DNA of 42,274 nucleotides from Theionarchaea archaeon (GTDB lineage Archaea; Methanobacteriota_B; Thermococci; Methanofastidiosales; SZ-28-30): NCBI GenBank assembly GCA_018992685.1, contig JACVGT010000006.1, positions 1 to 42,274 of the forward strand, read 5' to 3'. Shown piece by piece: positions 38,463 to 42,274 of this stretch (position 1 is its first letter; each line of letters starts with the position of its first letter). The notes under the pieces were generated by a model. It saw only the letters and a program-made list of their open reading frames with translations, ran no database searches and was not told where the DNA came from. The position numbers and the translations under genes were made by a program.

Positions 38463-41400
38463 TCACATCCTAGGATATAGCAATTCCTCATCGTGTTTTC
38501 GTTGGATATCAATCAGCATATCAATTTCTTCTATCTTTCTTTCAATCAATATTCTTATTCTTCCCGGTCTAATATTTTCATGGATTTTCTTGTACAGCTC
38601 TCTCTTTTGGATCAATTCTGGAGGTGGTTCACCCAGTTTTGAAATCCAAGCCATACCAGTATCCATTCCATGATCGAGTAGTTCTTCCACTTCTTTGAGC
38701 TCCTCTGAAGTTCTGGCCCCTTCCATAATCCTGATTAGTAAATCAGCCGTGTCTTCGTTGAAGGGTAAGAGTCGAAGTATTATCATAACGTTTCTGGCGT
38801 TACCAGCTTCAAGCTGTCTGTCTGTATACTCTTCAAGGTACAGTTTTCCATCCGCACTGCTGAAAGATTTTGCTTGTTCCATCAGACGTCTCAGTTCGTG
38901 CACTCCTAGACCCCTTTCATACCATTCGATGACTCTTTCCACGAGTCTCACATAATCTCTAAAGGATTTAATCTGACTTTCTATACAATCATCATCTTCA
39001 AAGGGAATGATATCGTATCTCTGACTCACTATTCCATTTCCTTTGGCCTCTATATACTTGGAGACTCTATAATTTATGAAATCAATAACTGAATCAAGGC
39101 TATTGAAAACGAAATTCCATAATTCTCCAGCGAGCCACTGAAACACTGGCACATCCTTCAATTTACATAACAATTCTTTTCGAAAGCTTTCTTTTGATCT
39201 TCCTTCAAAAGATGCAAGGTCTCCACTGCAATCATGAAGAACGAGTCCTAAGTTCTCTATTGTGCTGTCTCTCAGGACACCTTTTTCTGAGATAGTTAAA
39301 CATAGCAGTCTAAAAAAGGAATCGTGATTCTTGTTTTTATCAGGAAGAAGGAGATCTGCGAAGCGGATTACTCTATCTCTGATTTCTGGACTTTGCTTTG
39401 CCAACTTTGATAGCCAGTCTTCCAGAGTGGAGTTTGGAATATCATGTCTCCTGAGCAGCCTTAGGAAGTTGTCAATTTTGGAAATAGGTGTGATGGGAAG
39501 CTCGGAGAGCACCTCATCTGCCAATCCATATATAAAATCGCTGTTCAAATCGGCTAGAGCAAAATCGATTTCATTCTTGAATCTCCCTGGAACTAATTCC
39601 CAAAGTTCCCTGTCTTCTCGTATAATGAAAAATGGTCTTGATTTTAAGCTGACCCACCACGTAATTATAGGAGGATTATGTCTGACATCATCTTGAGATA
39701 TTTTTTCATCCATAAGTCTCAGGAAGTCTATTATTTCCGTTTCACTTTTGTATTTCTTACTAAGAGAATCAATTAACTGTCTAAAGTCCTCTAATTTTGG
39801 GTGGACAAATCTATCCATGGACATGTGAACAAACCAGTGCCATTTGCTTTCAATAGGTGCTTTCCTTTCTAATGAGCAGAAGTCTTCAAAAGCGTATTGG
39901 GGAGAGACAAAATGCCGGTAAACCATGTATTCAATGCTTCGTGGAAATGTTCGTAAATACTCCTCAACTCTTTTCGTTCCTGGCTTGTCCATAGCCCACC
40001 AATTCAGGAACAGATCTTCTATCGCACTCAAGAGTTTGAAATCGGTTTGGGGAGATATCAATTCGCCGACATCTTCAATGATTTCCTCTCTTTCGGCATT
40101 TGTTTTACTCAACAACGGTATGTTTTCTGCCGGCGTGTTGCCCAAGTTTCCTTTGCCTATGTTTCCCGCTATTTCGATAGCTGTCAGTCTGACTTCTAGT
40201 GATTGATGTCTAATCATCTCCTTCAGAATCTGCATCGCTCTATCTCTCATCCTCTGCACTTCGAATGTATTTTTCATTACTTTTGCACCAAAAGTCATTC
40301 CTCCAATGGTAGGTCTTGTATATTGGTGAGAAATCGCCAGTACCTCAGACAGCCCAGCTGAAATCAGTGTCAGTCTGCCACTTCTGGGATCATGTAACCA
40401 CTCAGCAAGAATGTCCAACGTTTCATGTATTTCATTGGTATTATTGAATGGAGGAGAAACAGAATCCCTGATCAGAGATACTGGTTTCCAGTTGTCAAAA
40501 TGCTCCTCAATGCCCTTCATTTTGATCTCACCAATTATCTCTACAACGTCTTTTCTCATAGAAGATATTCTCATTAGTTTTCTAATTACTGGACCAAAGT
40601 CATCGGCCTTCAGAGGAGCTTCCGTATTCAAGTAAACACGCACTAACGCAAGAGCACATTCAGGGACAATATTAGCTATTTTTCCAGCTAAATCCAGTTT
40701 TCTGGCTTTCGAATCAGCTGAAGTACTTTTAGCCTTTTCAACCCAGGAATAGATGACTCTTGACAAGGGATTCCGAATACTTTCGTTTTCAGAATAGTTG
40801 GCCGCTGCCTCTAAGTTTACAAACAGCTTTTCAGGTGAGATGGGCAATAATTCCTGTACTAGTTTTTCAATTTTGTCCATACTCATTTTTTCTAGTTGGT
40901 GGGCAAGATAGAGATCACCTTTCATATCTGGATTGAATCTATAGGAACGTCCTATCGTTCTTAAGATTCCGGTCTCTTGCAGTCTTTCAATTGCCTCTTC
41001 CATGTTCTTGCTAAGTTTTGTAGTTAAAAAATTAAAAACGTTGTCATTTTGTGAAAAAGGAACTAGAAAAACGAGATATGTTAAGAAATTTTCTAATTCA
41101 AGATTTTGAACGTCTCTTAAACATTTTCTTGCTTCAAAATACATTTCATTTGCAATTTTCTCTTTAATCTTCTTCAAGTCTACACTGGTGTCTTTCCTGA
41201 GTATCCTGCCTATCTGCACTATCAAATAGGGGTTGGAACAAGATGCAGCAATTGTCGCCTCATTCTCAATCACTTCACCTCCACAAACTAATCTCAGAAG
41301 TCTGACTAAATCCTCTCTTGACCAATCTGTGATCTTCGTTGCATCATAATGCTCTTCGAGTCTCAGCTCGCTTATTATGTTATAGACAGATTCAAATCCG

Positions 41401-42269
41401 GATGTTCTCAGTGCCAAGATCAGTTTGACCGAGTCACTCCTAGATCTGACAATAGATGAGAGTGGTTTGATTTCTTCTAGATACCTATCTGCGTCATCGA
41501 GAATCAAGAGGTACTTCCTGCCTTCTACTATTTCATCTTGAAAAGCATCCTGCACTTCTCGACGTCCTGGCCATATCATCCACAACTGCCTTTCACGATC
41601 TGTTTCATGAGTAATCTCAGCAATTTCTTTTAGCAGGTGAGACTTACCGTAGCCACCGGGAGAATGAATCAAATATATATACTTGCTTTCAGAACGTATG
41701 AATAATTTTGCTTCTCTGAGATAATCATGAAATCTGGGAATTTCGGTGACAGATACGTCGAGCAGATGCTTTTCAGTTTCACTGAAATATTCACATGAAG
41801 GAACAAACATGGGGTATTGGGGGTATCCAAAAAAGTGGTACCTCAGGTAAGGCTGTAGCTCAATTCTTCTCTCTAATTCCTCTCTATGCCAGACTTTCAA
41901 AGTAATTAATCCGTTATCATTCAGTTTTTCGAGTTCCTTCACTTGATTCACAGTGAGAACGGCATTTGTAGCAATCCTTAAATGATTAACCTCATTGTCT
42001 CTGGCCTTTTGGAGTTCCTCTTTTATTTCCTTGGTCAGATGGGAATAAGCATCAGTATGAGATTTTAATGTCCATTTTGATTGAATAGACCATGATCCTT
42101 CCTCATTCTCATAATCATAATAACCTCCATAACGGCCATCCCACCCTCCGTCTGCACCGATGTAAGGACTGCTCGGTATAAATCCAGGGGATCCACATTC
42201 TAAGGCAAATAAGTGATTAATTAGCCTTTGGAAAATATGGTAGTTGTCTATCTTGCTCCAATCAAGCAT
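38463..42269 (-). CDS. STAND-like NTPase with N-terminal Mrr-like nuclease domain (Avs-like defence protein)
   Basis: FQRL...GADGGWD...IQSK (D...QxK), Walker A SPGGYGKS, Walker B LLILDDAD, long helical C-terminus. Confidence 0.8.
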   Translation of the reverse strand: MLDWSKIDNYHIFQRLINHLFALECGSPGFIPSSPYIGADGGWDGRYGGYYDYENEEGSWSIQSKWTLKSHTDAYSHLTKEIKEELQKARDNEVNHLRIATNAVLTVNQVKELEKLNDNGLITLKVWHREELERRIELQPYLRYHFFGYPQYPMFVPSCEYFSETEKHLLDVSVTEIPRFHDYLREAKLFIRSESKYIYLIHSPGGYGKSHLLKEIAEITHETDRERQLWMIWPGRREVQDAFQDEIVEGRKYLLILDDADRYLEEIKPLSSIVRSRSDSVKLILALRTSGFESVYNIISELRLEEHYDATKITDWSREDLVRLLRLVCGGEVIENEATIAASCSNPYLIVQIGRILRKDTSVDLKKIKEKIANEMYFEARKCLRDVQNLELENFLTYLVFLVPFSQNDNVFNFLTTKLSKNMEEAIERLQETGILRTIGRSYRFNPDMKGDLYLAHQLEKMSMDKIEKLVQELLPISPEKLFVNLEAAANYSENESIRNPLSRVIYSWVEKAKSTSADSKARKLDLAGKIANIVPECALALVRVYLNTEAPLKADDFGPVIRKLMRISSMRKDVVEIIGEIKMKGIEEHFDNWKPVSLIRDSVSPPFNNTNEIHETLDILAEWLHDPRSGRLTLISAGLSEVLAISHQYTRPTIGGMTFGAKVMKNTFEVQRMRDRAMQILKEMIRHQSLEVRLTAIEIAGNIGKGNLGNTPAENIPLLSKTNAEREEIIEDVGELISPQTDFKLLSAIEDLFLNWWAMDKPGTKRVEEYLRTFPRSIEYMVYRHFVSPQYAFEDFCSLERKAPIESKWHWFVHMSMDRFVHPKLEDFRQLIDSLSKKYKSETEIIDFLRLMDEKISQDDVRHNPPIITWWVSLKSRPFFIIREDRELWELVPGRFKNEIDFALADLNSDFIYGLADEVLSELPITPISKIDNFLRLLRRHDIPNSTLEDWLSKLAKQSPEIRDRVIRFADLLLPDKNKNHDSFFRLLCLTISEKGVLRDSTIENLGLVLHDCSGDLASFEGRSKESFRKELLCKLKDVPVFQWLAGELWNFVFNSLDSVIDFINYRVSKYIEAKGNGIVSQRYDIIPFEDDDCIESQIKSFRDYVRLVERVIEWYERGLGVHELRRLMEQAKSFSSADGKLYLEEYTDRQLEAGNARNVMIILRLLPFNEDTADLLIRIMEGARTSEELKEVEELLDHGMDTGMAWISKLGEPPPELIQKRELYKKIHENIRPGRIRILIERKIEEIDMLIDIQRKHDEELLYPRM

Positions 42270-42274
42270 GAGTC

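Overview
Archaeal chromosomal window. The EF-1alpha insert [17 protein letters not shown] and a gins23-mcm pair point to a Thermococci-related lineage such as Theionarchaea (inference). Bases 1-18.6 kb are core genes: tuf-rps10, DUF1177, an HTH regulator, an upper mevalonate operon (HMGS, thiolase-like, DUF35, HMGR), intein-containing mcm, gins23, an N-terminally extended SepCysS, a carboxyltransferase, and an mch / methionine synthase / ATP-grasp operon. Bases 19-36 kb are accessory envelope genes: an Fn3-like surface protein, AlaX-S, an ABC exporter, a Mo-domain lipoprotein, CPBP, LysE, an M50 protease and a 1849-aa signal-peptide RHS protein. From about 36.2 kb the DNA is visibly AT-richer and defence-like (nuclease-STAND ATPase, AbrB-like/HEPN-like protein, small ORF). 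Main leads: (1) a ~270-bp promoter plus structured leader plus uORF cassette duplicated in front of both the M50 protease and the RHS gene; (2) an RHS cargo that looks like a cysteine-stapled helical hairpin with a hydrophobic tip; (3) a three-gene STAND/HEPN operon; (4) a thiolase lacking its catalytic residues; (5) a candidate sRNA upstream of mch. All family calls come from motif recognition by eye; no searches were run.
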